Positions 1-11,700 of a stretch of 64,000 nt of DNA are shown piece after piece. Made by a program: the position numbers and the translations under genes. The DNA lies in NCBI GenBank assembly GCA_028023455.1, contig JAQFVV010000011.1, positions 1,922,001 to 1,986,000 on the forward strand. The letters are read 5' to 3'. Position 1 is the first letter of the stretch, and each line of letters begins with the position of its first letter. The stretch comes from Epiperipatus broadwayi. Taxonomy: Eukaryota; Animalia; Onychophora. The notes beneath the pieces are model-generated. The model did no database searches, was not told where the DNA came from, and was given only the letters and a program-made list of their open reading frames with translations.

Positions 1-460
1 AATTTATCTCTACATAAATTAAAAATTTCAAATAGAAATTTCATTTTTAATATTGTTGGCAATTATTAAATAAAGAATCATCAAGATTGGAAATAAAATA
101 ATTTTAATTCACAAATAACAATTTTGCAATTAAAAACTTAATTCCGTCGGAACTGTCAACCATCTTATGTCTTAATAACCGTGTAATTTTACCCCCCCCC
201 CTCCACACGCACATACGCAACATTTTTTTAAAAATAATATTCCACTTAACAAGTTTGAAAAATCAGTATATATGCTAAGAAAATAAGTCAAGAAATACAT
301 ATATATATATATTTAATTAAAAACAAACAACTTACATTATTAAACTGAATATATATATTAATGAATAAATATAGTATATACAAAGAACAATAAATACCAC
401 ATGACTTTTTTTAAACTTACTCATATGTTTCAAAGTTTAGTTATTTTCATTCTGATTTAG

Positions 461-481
461 AACCATCTACTGTAAATTTAG
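461..481 (+). CDS. Candidate 21-nt micro-exon, phase 1-1 (EPSTVNL)
   Basis: ttattttcattctgatttAG|AACCATCTACTGTAAATTTAG|GTAAGC; frame-preserving and open. Supported by splice signals only. Confidence 0.35.
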
Positions 482-720
482 GTAAGCAGTGATCAGAAGA
501 TGGTATAGTATTTAAAATTCTCATCTCCAGCCCAACCATTTTTTTGGGCTTTTGCCTTCCTTAGGTGCAAAAAGAGCATTAGTTCTTACTTTGAATCCTA
601 GTCTTCATTGATGATGGAGTTTTTAAAGCATTACATCACATGGTGTCCAGTGATTATTGCAGTTTACAGAAGGTAGCTCTAGAATAGAAACATGGCATTT
701 ATTATCGAGAGACGTGAACT

Positions 721-1245
721 CTTAGATTTAAAATATACATGCCCAATCTATACCCTGGTGACCACATTTGATTCTTTTTGATGTTAATTTATGGTTATAT
801 CAATATGGCATTCATCTGTCTGTCAATAGGCTTTTATGACTTTCTGCATGGGAAATTTAATTTTTGATTATACAAGCATGATATTCTTAGATTTAAAATA
901 TGCATAGCCAACGTATAGCATGATGAGCACATTTGATTCTTTATGACTTTAATTTATATCAAAATGACATTCTTCTACCTGGCAATGGGATTTTATGACT
1001 TTCTGCATGGGAAATTTAATTTTTGATTATACAACCATATTTTTATATTTAAAATATTCATGGCCAATCTGTAGCCTGGTAACCACATTAGATTGTTTAT
1101 GACTTTAATTTATAATTATATCAACATGATATTCTTCTGTCTAGCAGCTACATTTTACGATCTTCTGCATGGCAGATTTCATTTTTGATTATACAAATGT
1201 CTTTAAATTTAAAAGATGTATTGTCAACTTGCAGCCTTGCAACAC
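721..1245. repeat. Diverged tandem repeat, ~160-165-bp unit, ~3.3 copies
   Basis: Recurrent cttagatttaaaatat...cacatttgattct...ctgcatgggaaatttaatttttgattataca blocks. Confidence 0.8.
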
Positions 1246-1456
1246 ACAGGCCGTTTTTTTAAATTTTCACTATGGCACTCTTAATTTATAATTGCACCAG
1301 CATAAATTTTATTTTAAAATATATTTTTTAAATAAAATCTATGCATTCTGATTACTTTTACATTGTTACCAATTATTGTTTGTTCTAAAATTTTTGTGTA
1401 ATAGAAAAAAAAAAGAAAGATGTTAAAAAGTTATACTTTTCAAAAAAAAAAAAAAA

Positions 1457-1630
1457 AAAATCATTAATCATCATTCTCCCCTAAGATTGTATATACCAGG
1501 GGTGGCCAACAAGTCAATCGTGATCCACCGGTCGATCGCAAAAATAATCATTAGTCATCATTCTCCCCTAAGATTGTATATACCAGGGGTGGCAAACAAG
1601 TCAATCGTGATCCACCGGTCGATCGCAAAG
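1457..1630 (+). mobile_element. hAT-type left terminus (CAGGGGTGGCCAAC...GATCCACCGGTCGATCGC) duplicated in tandem with its flank, 87-bp period
   Basis: TIR-like CAGGGGTGGC(C/A)AAC at 1497 and 1584 followed by the GATC-rich subterminal motif typical of hAT MITEs; no right TIR found. Confidence 0.6.
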
Positions 1631-1994
1631 CCAATTTTGGTTGAACACGAGGCCAATCTGGCAAGAATTGTTGGGTAACGAGTGAAACAAATTAAGTCAA
1701 GATTTTCAAGTTTTTTAATTTTATTTTTGTTTTAAACTTTTTTTCAATTTTAGATAGGTGAAGTTGTATAATTATTGAAAATAATATTTTTAATCTTGAC
1801 TTAATGTAGCTAATTTGAATTAATAAATATTGTTGAATATTGTTGACAAAACCCATTATTATGTATTAGCTATCGCATATTACTTCTTTGATGTTTTATT
1901 ATTAAAGACTTCATATCAAAGCTATTAGTTTTGATGATGACTTCTTGCATTTTGTAGGAAATGATTAGTACATTCAAACTGTCTTCCCTCTCCC

Positions 1995-2525
1995 TTAAAT
2001 ATCATATAATCACTATTTCCAATGCCTACACAAGCTATTAAAACAGAGGCAAATCACTATATATACAGTAGTGCCACCCAGTGTATGGAGAGTTTTGCCT
2101 CTGTTTTATCAGCCTGCATAAGTATAAAAAATAGTGGCCATAAGAAGTTTAGTGGTTTAATATCAATTCCCCCATAGGATGATGATGACTATGCTTATTA
2201 AAGAACTAAAGACACTAAAATGTATAGACTTTTAACTGGTTTCTGATCTATATGACTATATGGGCATATTTTCATTTTGGACTCAAAGCTTTATAGTTAA
2301 CTAAAAAAGTAAAAGATGACTGCTGAAAATTTGCATTAGATCCTAGGATCTAGATGCAGTGCCTTCAGATCTAAAGCTCTTGAACTAATGAAAGCCACAA
2401 GCTAAAAACTAGTCTGGGAATCCTGGGTGAGTAGGCACTAGATAGGTATTTTATGCAAAGACCTTCTTGCATCCATTGATTACTCTAGCTTACACAGGTT
2501 AACACTATGGAGAGTTTTCCATATC
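1995..2525 (+). mobile_element. HHR repeat family B copy: ~422-bp unit with terminal redundancy, 5' inverted segment and decayed HHR at 2380-2419
   Basis: atggagagtttt(g/c)c occurs at 2085 and 2507. HHR relic CTAATGA-AAGC-cacaa-GCTA-AAAA-CTAG-TC-TGGGA. Homologous to 3862, 7978 and 38385. Confidence 0.7.
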
Positions 2526-2945
2526 TTATTTATAATTACATTTTTACTTTTTCATTTTTTTTTTTTTTTCAACCAATTTCAAGTGTTGAACAGATACAAT
2601 CTAATGTACAGATTACTCAAGTTTATGATAGATGGTTCTGAAGTAAATGAAGTGAATTTTCATGCTTACACACATGTGTGCAAAATAAGTACTGTATTCT
2701 TAAAAAAACTTATTAAAAATATACGTGTGCGTACCTACCATATAAAAACTTAATGAGAACAAAAAAAAAATCCTTTAATTGTTAAGCTTTAATTTTATTC
2801 TAAGATAATGATTTTACTTATTTAAGAGAAAAAGTAGTTAATAAAACAAATGATCATTTTATGATTAGAAGTTAGTTATTTAAAATTCAAAAAATTCAAA
2901 ATATAGATGCATTTTCTCAAGAAAGTGCGAAGAATTTCTATTTAG

Positions 2946-2968
2946 AAAATGTTTTAAATGGAATAACA
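2946..2968 (+). CDS. Candidate 23-nt exon, phase 1-0 (ENVLNGIT)
   Basis: gaatttctatttAG|AAAATGTTTTAAATGGAATAACA|GTAAGT; phase-compatible with 461-481. Confidence 0.25.
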
Positions 2969-3861
2969 GTAAGTACAATTTGCTGTCTGCCAACAAAATT
3001 TATATAGCACACGTGCTAATTGTCTGCTTAAGAGACTTTCGTTTCCGATTCCCCCCCCCCCGATATTTAATGTGCAACGCGCACATTATAAATTTCAGTT
3101 TTTTAATCTTAAATAAAAATTGCAGCAAGTAAAATAATTTTATTATTTTTAATTGATGCAACGCACATTTAAGGAATTGCAAAGTCGACAAAATAAAATT
3201 ATTTTTTAAAAGACATTTCTCGTCAACATATGAATTCTGTTTAGAAATCAATACAGCCAACAGATTTTTTCAATAAATTATTTACGACAATGATTAATGT
3301 GAAAAAATTACAACTCCAAGAAATCAAAGCAATCAATAATTCTATTAACATTAATTCCTGTTTGCGATCTTCTATCCTTATTTTGCAATCTTTTCCTTAA
3401 AAAACATACATTAGAAATTTATTAAACAAAATAGTAATTAATAATTTATTTTAAAATTTAACTTAATACTCGCAAAAGCAGAATATCAATCAGTTCTGAG
3501 AACATGAGCAGTTTTTCAAGCTAAAATGAAATTGATTAAGGCAGATCAAATATTTGATAGTTAAAGGCAGTTGTTTAACATATATTTAAAACTTTTATTT
3601 CACCACACACGCACACACTAGAAATATACAAATAATGACATTTGGAAAGGAAAATGACCCCAAGATGCTTATCTGAACAAACCAGCATTCTTCTGTAGCT
3701 CAATCTCTTCCATGTTTTTTTTTTTTTTCATCAAATACGTTCAGTATTTATCAAGTTTACATCTGGTGAAATCTCTAGCATTCAAAAGGATTAATAAGAA
3801 TCATTAATGTATTTATTTAAAATTGATGGTTAAATGTGTGAGTGCAAGAAATTTGACACTT

Positions 3862-4103
3862 AACCACCAAACGTCGCATTATGTGCTTACATGATGTGTT
3901 TTCACAGAGGCAAAATTCTCTATATATTAGCGCCACTCAATGCAAGGCTCCTCATTGATGAAAGCCACAAGTTAGAAACTAGTCTGGGGATATTGGATGA
4001 GTAGGCACTAGATAATGATTTTATGCACAATTCTTTAATCATCCATCGATTATTCTGGCTTGCATTGAATGGCACTACTGTATAGAGTTTTGCCGTTGTG
4101 TAA
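3862..4103 (+). mobile_element. HHR repeat family B copy with 5' inversion, flanked by a perfect 13-bp TSD
   Basis: TSD AAATTTGACACTT at 3849-3861 and 4104-4116. HHR motif 3950-3989: CCTCA-TTGATGA-AAGC-cacaa-GTTA-GAAA-CTAG-TC-TGGGG. Confidence 0.8.
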
Positions 4104-4209
4104 AAATTTGACACTTGTAGATTAAATTAAAGCTGATTGCCTCATAAATAAATTTGAATTAATAAAGCATCAAGTTTGGTCAGGCTTCATTATTAAATAT
4201 AATCAAATA

Positions 4210-4350
4210 TGGTTCAGCGAGAAATACGAAATACGTATATTGCAGATCATTTATCTTTTTCACATGTAAGAGGTCATGTGTATTGGTTGTATGAAATAGA
4301 TTGGATAGCTGAAAGAGCTTGAAAGCCTGGATTGAAATCCCCTATAATTA
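4210..4350 (+). repeat. Family D fragment (3' half of the HHR and downstream sequence)
   Basis: ggttcagc...gaaatacgtatattgcagatcat...cttgaaagcctggattgaaatcccc matches 42089-42210. Confidence 0.7.
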
Positions 4351-4775
4351 AATAATAAAATATGTAATGTAATTTTTAAAATGTGTGTAAACAGATTGAC
4401 CTGCAATGGCTACAAGCAGAAAATTTTACTGCTACAATTTTCAAATGCCCTAATTTCATGTTATTTTTTTAATTAAACAGATGTCTTCCTAAATATGTCA
4501 CTATTTTACAAAAATCAAGTTAGTTTGATTTTGCCTTGTATAGCCTAAGTTTTGTGCCACTTTTTTACCAATTTCTTAATGTATTTATATATTGGACTAT
4601 TTCCATGATCTAATATGAGTATTGAATATCTTTAGAAAAATGTAACTTTATTTAAATATTCCAAATATATTCAACTGTTAGTAATAGCACATCAAACAGG
4701 TTAGTATAAGCACAACGTTTTGAGATGTATTATTCTCCCCTCTTCTTCAGGTGTTGCTGGTCTGACCAGTGACAG

Positions 4776-4861
4776 TATTAGCATGGGAATCGAACCTGGA
4801 GCCTTAGATTCTTGAGTATTGAATTTCAAGGTAATGCTCTAACCAACTGAGCCATCCTGCC
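4776..4861 (-). other. tRNA-like module (Pol III A/B boxes) in family A, left arm
   Basis: Minus strand GGCAGGATGGCTCAGTTGGTTAGAGC...CCAGGTTCGATTCCC; the acceptor stem does not close, so not a functional tRNA. Confidence 0.75.
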
Positions 4862-5197
4862 AAAGGCAAAAGTCGGTAGAAATGTCATATACTTATCTAT
4901 GGGGTTCCTTCTGATTGCTCCATTTTTTCCTAAGAGCAAAGTCGATTAGTGGTTTTCATGCATTATATATAGTCACATTAAGTTGACATATGGGATTTAT
5001 TGCCATTGCCATGTCAGCAGCTTCTTTAATTTTTCCCCTTTTTACCTTTTCTTCTCTATTCAATCCCATATGTCAACCTAGTGTGGCTATATGTAATGTA
5101 TGGAAACCGCTAATCAACTTTTCTCTTAGGAAAAAGTGGAGAAATCAGAAGGAACTTCATAGATAAGTATATGACATTTCTAATAACTGTTGCCTTT

Positions 5198-5283
5198 GGC
5201 AGGATGGCTCATTTGGTTAGAGCATTACCTTAAAATTCAATATTCTATAATCTAAGGGTCCAGGTTCGATTCCCATGCTAGTA
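5198..5283 (+). other. tRNA-like module (Phe/Tyr-like, extra ~14 nt in the anticodon loop) in family A, right arm
   Basis: A box TGGCTCATTTGG, B box GGTTCGATTCCC (5263-5274); ATCTAAGGGTCCAGGTTCGAT resembles the 3' half of tRNA-Phe. Confidence 0.7.
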
Positions 5284-6238
5284 CTGTCACTAGTCAAGTC
5301 AGCAATACCTGAAAAAGATGGAAGAATAATACATCTCGAAATGTTGTGCATATACTAAATAATTGTGTGCTATTACTAACAACAGTTGAATGTATTTGAA
5401 ATATTTAAATAAAGTTAAATTTTTCTAAAAACATTCAATACTCATCATACTAGATGATGGAAATAGTCCAACATATAAATACAACTAAAACACAACCATC
5501 ACAAACCTTCAGGAAAACACTAAATGTTTGTAGTCTACATTTAAGTAATAATATTCCTTCGCTTTTTACAATCTATAATAATTTTTTTCTTTAATTTTTT
5601 ATATAAATATTATAATATTTTTTTGTGTGTAATTCTTAGAATAGTAAAAATCAACTTTATTTTTTTTATAATATCTGAACGTAATTTTTCTAAAAGAATG
5701 CATTCAATTGAATGTTATGAAAAGTTTGTGGTATTATTTTTTATTGCATAACATTTTCATATATATGTTCTAGAACTGAAAAAACCTTACATTATTGCAG
5801 ATTGTTTAACTGTTACATATTTCAACGGTCAATTCATTCATTTTATATAAAAATTTTAAGCAGTTAGAGAAAATTAAAAGGATTAGCTTTTTAAAAAGCA
5901 TTAGAAAAAAATGCTTGCAAATTCATACTTAATCTTAAATATTTCAGGAGCATTAGGAAAGTCTGAAGCTATTAATAATGACAATAAAATAATACAAATG
6001 ACAAGATAATTCTTTTTGTTTTATTTCTTTTAAATAATTACTCGGAACCATAATTATATAACAAAATAATACTTTTAATTACAGTAAGTAGCAGTTACGT
6101 AACAAAATTTCAAATAGCTGATGTAATTAATCTGCACAATAAAAAAAAAAAATTATAGATTTTGTTACAAAGTTGAGCAATTTATTGTAGAATAATACAT
6201 TTAGTGTATTGCATTAAGCTCAAGAGATGTCTATATAT

Positions 6239-6346
6239 GTCTTGCATTGGTGGTCGAGAGGTCAGCGCGACTGCCTTGCACTTGCAGGCAGTTGCCCGGA
6301 TTACGGGTTCGTGTCCTGGCCGATGCTATGACATTTAAAAAAAAAA
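6239..6346 (+). mobile_element. ~100-bp tRNA-derived SINE with poly(A) tail
   Basis: A/B-box-like motifs, A tail, 16-bp TSD AAGAGATGTCTATATA (6222-6237 and 6347-6362). Confidence 0.9.
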
Positions 6347-6702
6347 AAGAGATGTCTATATAATGACTAGTCTTTGATTCACAACTTGTTTTTAAATTTA
6401 CTCAAAATTAGAAATAAAGAATTAATAATTTCATTAATACACTATTTTAATAGCATATACAAAGCGTTTAAAATCATTCAGGGCATACAAAATATATGAT
6501 GTGTTGTGTCCTAAGGTAATGCAATATTTGTGAAATAATCATTTTATAATAGACACTGTGAATAAAAATAGAAAATATAAGTATTAGTATGAAAATAATC
6601 TTGCTGCAGGTATAATTTTGGAGAGTAAACCAAGAGTTACTCTCTCTTGTAAATATAAAACATCATTTCATTGACTCCATAAAAAAGTCTGATCACTGAA
6701 TT

Positions 6703-6803
6703 TTTTTTTCATGTCTCATAGCATCGGCCGGGAAGCAAACCCGCTACCTGGGGCAACTGCTTGTAAGGCAACTGTGCTGGCCTCTTGTCCACCAATGCTT
6801 GAC
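6703..6803 (-). mobile_element. tRNA-derived SINE copy
   Basis: TSD TCTGATCACTGAATT (6688-6702 and 6809-6823); homologous to 6239. Confidence 0.9.
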
Positions 6804-6836
6804 TCTGATCTGATCACTGAATTCGTGATGAATTTT

Positions 6837-6945
6837 TTTTTCCATATGTCATAGCATCGGCCGGGACGCGAACCCACACCCGTCTGCAACCAAGTACTTG
6901 CTTGCAAGGCGGGTGCGATGACCTCTCGGCTAACCAACGCTTGAC
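6837..6945 (-). mobile_element. tRNA-derived SINE copy (younger, CpG-rich subfamily)
   Basis: TSD TGAATTCGTGATGAATTTT (6818-6836 and 6946-6964); B-box-like GGGTTCGCGTCC. Confidence 0.9.
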
Positions 6946-7099
6946 TGAATTCGTGATGAATTTTAACAATAATTCAATAAAACTGCCTTTTTATTGTAAA
7001 TAATGTGTATACATTATGTGTACCTATGTTTTAAAAACATTTTTAAAGTTGGAAAATAGCAATATATTTACTCTATACATACATTTGTTAGAATGTTTG

Positions 7100-8790
7100 T
7101 AGTTTCAGAGTTGTGCTCACTTGTCTCAAGAGCATCTAGGATCTCAGACACTTCCTCAATAATATATCTATCAGCACCAATTAGGATCTTGATTTGCTTT
7201 GCCAGATAATCCTGACTATCTGATGCACAGATAAGGGAAAGGCTGTCAAAGTCTTCAATTTAACTGCCTGACCACCTTATGTGTATCATACTTTTCTGGG
7301 TGATTTAATAATGTATGCTATCCTGATACTCTTCACCTCAGAAACTAGATAGTATCGTATATTTGAAGTCTCCATATGTTCATGGGTGACCTAATAGAGA
7401 CTGTCACTAGTCCTTTGGGGCAGTATAAAGGTGATTACTAGATATGGCAAGTTTCTTTTTCTCTTAAAGGAGCACAAAGCAAATAACTCTTCAAGGCTTT
7501 AGGAAGAAACTCAGGGATTTTCTAAATGTTCTCCCTAAAGGGTTTAATTTTCATAAATTTGAATAACACTGAACTACTGACAAGTACATTCTCACTCTTT
7601 ATATTCTGTGCTACAGGTCCTGACTGGGAATTGTAGCATCACTACTTACTTTAAATACCTCTTTAATAGGTGTCTCAACCTACCCAAGGCCTAGGATCAT
7701 AATTAACTTGATCATAACTTTTCCTAAACATTCTGAATTTCTAAGACCTTCTGCTGAATATTCTGATATCTAGCCTCTAACTGCAATTTTCCATCATCCC
7801 TTTTCTTTCTTAAATTCATCTAAATATTTTCTCCAAAAATTTAGTCTGGCTACTCTTGGCACTTGACTATTACTTCCTTCACTTCCTTTTGGATTCTTTT
7901 TAAATTGCCACTTAATTTTGCTTTTATTTCTCTCGACTCCTTTATTTCAGCCTTAGATTCATTTATAATATCAACCATATTGGATGAGTAGGCACTAGAT
8001 GTGGATTTTATGTACAAGCTTTCTGGTATCCATTGATTACTCTGGCTTATATTGAGTGGCAATATGTATAGAGAGTTTTGCCTATTTTTACCATTCCTTT
8101 CCCAGTCTCTTCCAATTCAATTTTGCTTTGGGTCAATCATCTTTGGATTTAGACATATCTCTTTCAATGGTTAAATGGCCTTCACTAACATCCTTAAAAT
8201 GTAATTTCTAACACCACTTTAAAGTCATTGATAAACTGTTTCAGCTGTAGCTCTACTTTTTGAAATTTGCAGTTTATACTGCTAATCTGTTCTGATAACT
8301 GATTGCTTGATTCTAATATTATAATTTCGAGTTTTTCCAACTGACCTTTTTAATCCATTTTATAATTCACAAAACTATCCTTGATTTCTTCCAATTTTCT
8401 ATCTGAGTTTCTTTTGACATTTTGATCATTAACTTGCAAGTCAAATTGCTGGTTAAGTTCCTTGACTGCTTCTAATCTGGTATTCTCTATTTTAGTTTCT
8501 AAAGTTGCCTGTGATTCAATTACCCAACTTTTAAAAGACATTTGAGACTCCATTTCTTTAAATTCTTGAGACTGACTGTCAATTTTCTTTTCAAAGGACA
8601 TTTATTCAACTAACTGGTCTTCAAAAATATCTAATTTATTCTCAAAAGATTCCTTAATCTCCTTTTGAAAATCCTTCATTCCTTTTAGTTCTTTAAATTG
8701 ATCATCAAAGCTCCTCTCAAAAGATTCTAACATCAGTCAGGTCTTGTCAATTAGGAGTTGATCATTTTTGGGTCTCCGCTGGGTCTTTGA
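7100..8790 (-). pseudogene. Degraded gag-like ORF with coiled-coil N-terminal region, probably a Ty3/Gypsy-type relic
   Basis: ORFs 8350-8601 and 7850-8062 are E/K/Q-rich heptad-like; downstream fragments F(W)GEEYQDSI and IEEVSEILDALE resemble retrotransposon gag. Many stops and frameshifts; interrupted by family B. Confidence 0.5.
7978..8085 (+). repeat. Family B fragment inserted in the gag-like relic
   Basis: tattggatgagtaggcactagat...gattactctggctt...gagagttttgcc matches the other family B copies. Confidence 0.8.
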
Positions 8791-11700
8791 CTTCTTTGAT
8801 ATCACTCAGTTTACTATGACAAAATTATACTCATAAACATTCACTATCAAAATTTTATAACAATATTTATAATCTATAATCTATAATCTATCCCAGCAAA
8901 CCAACCTCCAAATTACTTCTATATACAATAACCCTCACCAAAAAAGATTTTCCCATCTACTTCAGGATAATTTAAGAGAAAAATACACAGCTGTTTCAAC
9001 TATAATTATTTTACATTGTTTATCATCACAATGATTTATAGTCTCTTAATAACATTGGTGTTTTATAAGTTAAACGAAACATAATATTACATGTTTGAAA
9101 ACTACAATTACCATTGTCACCAGAAAAATCATATAAAATATTTTGAAATTTAAGCATAACATTGAAAGAAAAAATATTTAATAATTTTATTATTAAAATA
9201 CAAGACACATATCTACTTCATCTTTAAATAATGCAATTATTCATGCAATCAATAAATTTTAATATATGCTTTTAAAATTGAATTTTTTTTTTTAATAAGT
9301 TGAAGACCTAAATCCTAACTGCTAAAAAAATCCATAAATGAGATCTTAGTCCTAAGCAAATAATCATGCCCCACATTGGCACTAAAATCCACAAATGTAA
9401 CCTTCTAAAAGGTGATCAAGAAATCATAAAGTAAAGTATAGGTCTAAACATAGGTTTAAATCAGTACAAGCACTCTAATGCACTAAATAAACATATAACA
9501 TAAGGTAAGTCTTCTCATAGTTTTAAGTGCACTAATAATTAAATGCCTTCTCATAGCTTATCACACAGTAATTGATACATTTTACAACATGTTGAAAGAC
9601 CAATAGTTGCATATATAGGTATGTACCTGTATACATGTTTTAACATGTATATACAGTACATGTCTATACATATCAAACATTAAAAGCATAAAGCTAAACT
9701 AGTCAATAAATAATCAAAATTATCCCAAATTCACAACTCAACCAGACTAGCCAAAAAATAAACTTTAAAACAAAATCAATGATTTCATTGCTACAAGCAA
9801 TCTTCTCAAGTGTAAAGAACTACAAAATAACACTTTTAAACTAAGCATTGCCAACAATTCCACTTACCTCCCATACATCCTTAATATTAAAAATTTTTTT
9901 AAATAAGTTAATTGCTTCAAAATCATAAATTTTTATTAATAAAGATTAATTCTTTTTATTTCATTTCTCTCAAAGAAGACAACCTTAGCTTCATCAAAAT
10001 TAAGTGTGGCCTGTATCTGTTTCATGGATATATAAAGCCCTACTTTTATGTATCTATTCTTTCATTTAAGCTCAAACTACTCTGACCTATATATACCTTC
10101 TTACAAAAACAAGGGATAATAATATACACTACTCCAGGAATAGACTTTCTAGCAAAAATTTCCTTTGCATTATTTAATAAATTATTCAAATAATATTCCT
10201 TTTCCAAACAATTGTCTTATTTCCAAACAAATCACTATTTTTACATAAAATTTTATAAGAAAAAATAAAATCATATTATTAAATATAAAAATCTAATTAC
10301 CATTAGAGTAAGATAAATCTACTGTATTTGATAAACATTTAACATGAAGATAAATATAATTAAACAAAATAATTCATGAATATTTTACAAATTTGCTTCA
10401 CTAGCTATAACAAATTATTAGAGGGCATTCAATATTAGTTGTGTCTATAACATATAAATAATATTTACTAAGGCTGTAACCTCAAGAATGTGCATGTGAA
10501 AATGCGATAGTAGGGACCTCTACAGGTCTTAACCACAAGCTTACGCATTGGAAGAAAAGAGGGGAAAGTAATTATATGATTTATTTAGTTCTCAAATATA
10601 TATGTGTATTTTGTTTTGTAACATACTAAGTAATTATATGAAGATTTATTTAGTTCTCAAATGTAGCAAAGACTAACAAAACATCTATAACCATAAAGAT
10701 ACATATATATATAGTTATGATTTGTATCCCTACATCTAGTATTTGCATTTTTATAAATAAAATTTTTTTCATTAAATAATTTATTATAAAATAACTTTCT
10801 TAATTAAAACTCCTCTTTAACTTTATTTAAATTTTAAGCAAGAGAATAATCTTTTTTTAAAAAAAATTAATATAATTTATTATTACTATGAAATTATTTG
10901 AAAATAAAAATTAGAAAACATTCTTATGGGAAGCCATTTTAAATTTACAGACATTCTTTCACACTTTTACTTAATGAAATTAGACTTTACATAGTTTTCA
11001 AGAAAAAAAACAATAACAGCTAATTGATCATGATGGCATAACATAAATACAAATAGATAATCAACCGAAGCATCGCAGTATTAATTAAAACTAATTTGAA
11101 AGTCATTTTTATCACCTTTCTTGCTAAATTTAAGTAACAAAGAGTTGGTAATTTTGCCTCATAAAAATATTTAAATCTAAGCAAATTATATTTAAACAAT
11201 GCAAACTAATGTTCACATTTTATTTATTATAAACCTATTAGTTGCATACATCAGTGAAAAATACGAGATATGCAGTGCTTAATTATTTTTTTGCTATTAC
11301 ATAAGGCGTATCATGGTAAAGAAAATCAATCAGAAAAATTATTTATTGCCTACACTTAAATTAAGTTTAGTAAAATAGTAAAAAATGTATTAGACCAATT
11401 AAATGGAACAACTGTGTTCCATCTAACATTTATGATCCTCAAAGATATTATTTTATGGTCTACAAAGCAACAATCCATATGATTATTTTGTTTGTCCAAA
11501 TGTTAAAAAATTAGAAATAGTTTGATATGACTAAAGTTAAAGAATAACTAAAACATACAATCTATCTCACAGACTTATACCTAACTATAATCACTAATTA
11601 GTAGTATAATACACAATATCGTTATTAACAACAGCCACACAGAAACAGAGAAAGATCAAGAATTATATGGAAGATAATACAAATCAGCCCATTAGAAGAA

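Larger units (their letters stand above)
4581..5482. repeat. Family A fold-back: ~417-bp inverted arms (4581-4997 / 5062-5482) around a 64-bp spacer; each arm carries a tRNA-like module and an HHR relic
   Basis: The reverse complement of the left arm aligns along the whole right arm (~80% identity, estimated). Confidence 0.9.

Noticed and set aside
1487-1678. 63-aa ORF with an internal peptide repeat
   Set aside because: By-product of the 87-bp tandem duplication of a hAT end.
5198-5283. Functional intron-containing tRNA gene
   Set aside because: The acceptor stem does not pair and the sequence is embedded in a repeat; treated as a tRNA-derived module.
5440-5482. TAGATGATGGAAATAGTCCAAC as a second HHR in family A (also at 4590, 40858 and 53355)
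   Set aside because: It has a helix II-like TGGA/TCCA, but none of the four copies has the GAAA core; at most a relic.
9868-9879. 12-nt minus-strand micro-exon GATGTATGGGAG|GTAAGT
   Set aside because: Good donor but weak AAG acceptor; expected by chance in 64 kb.
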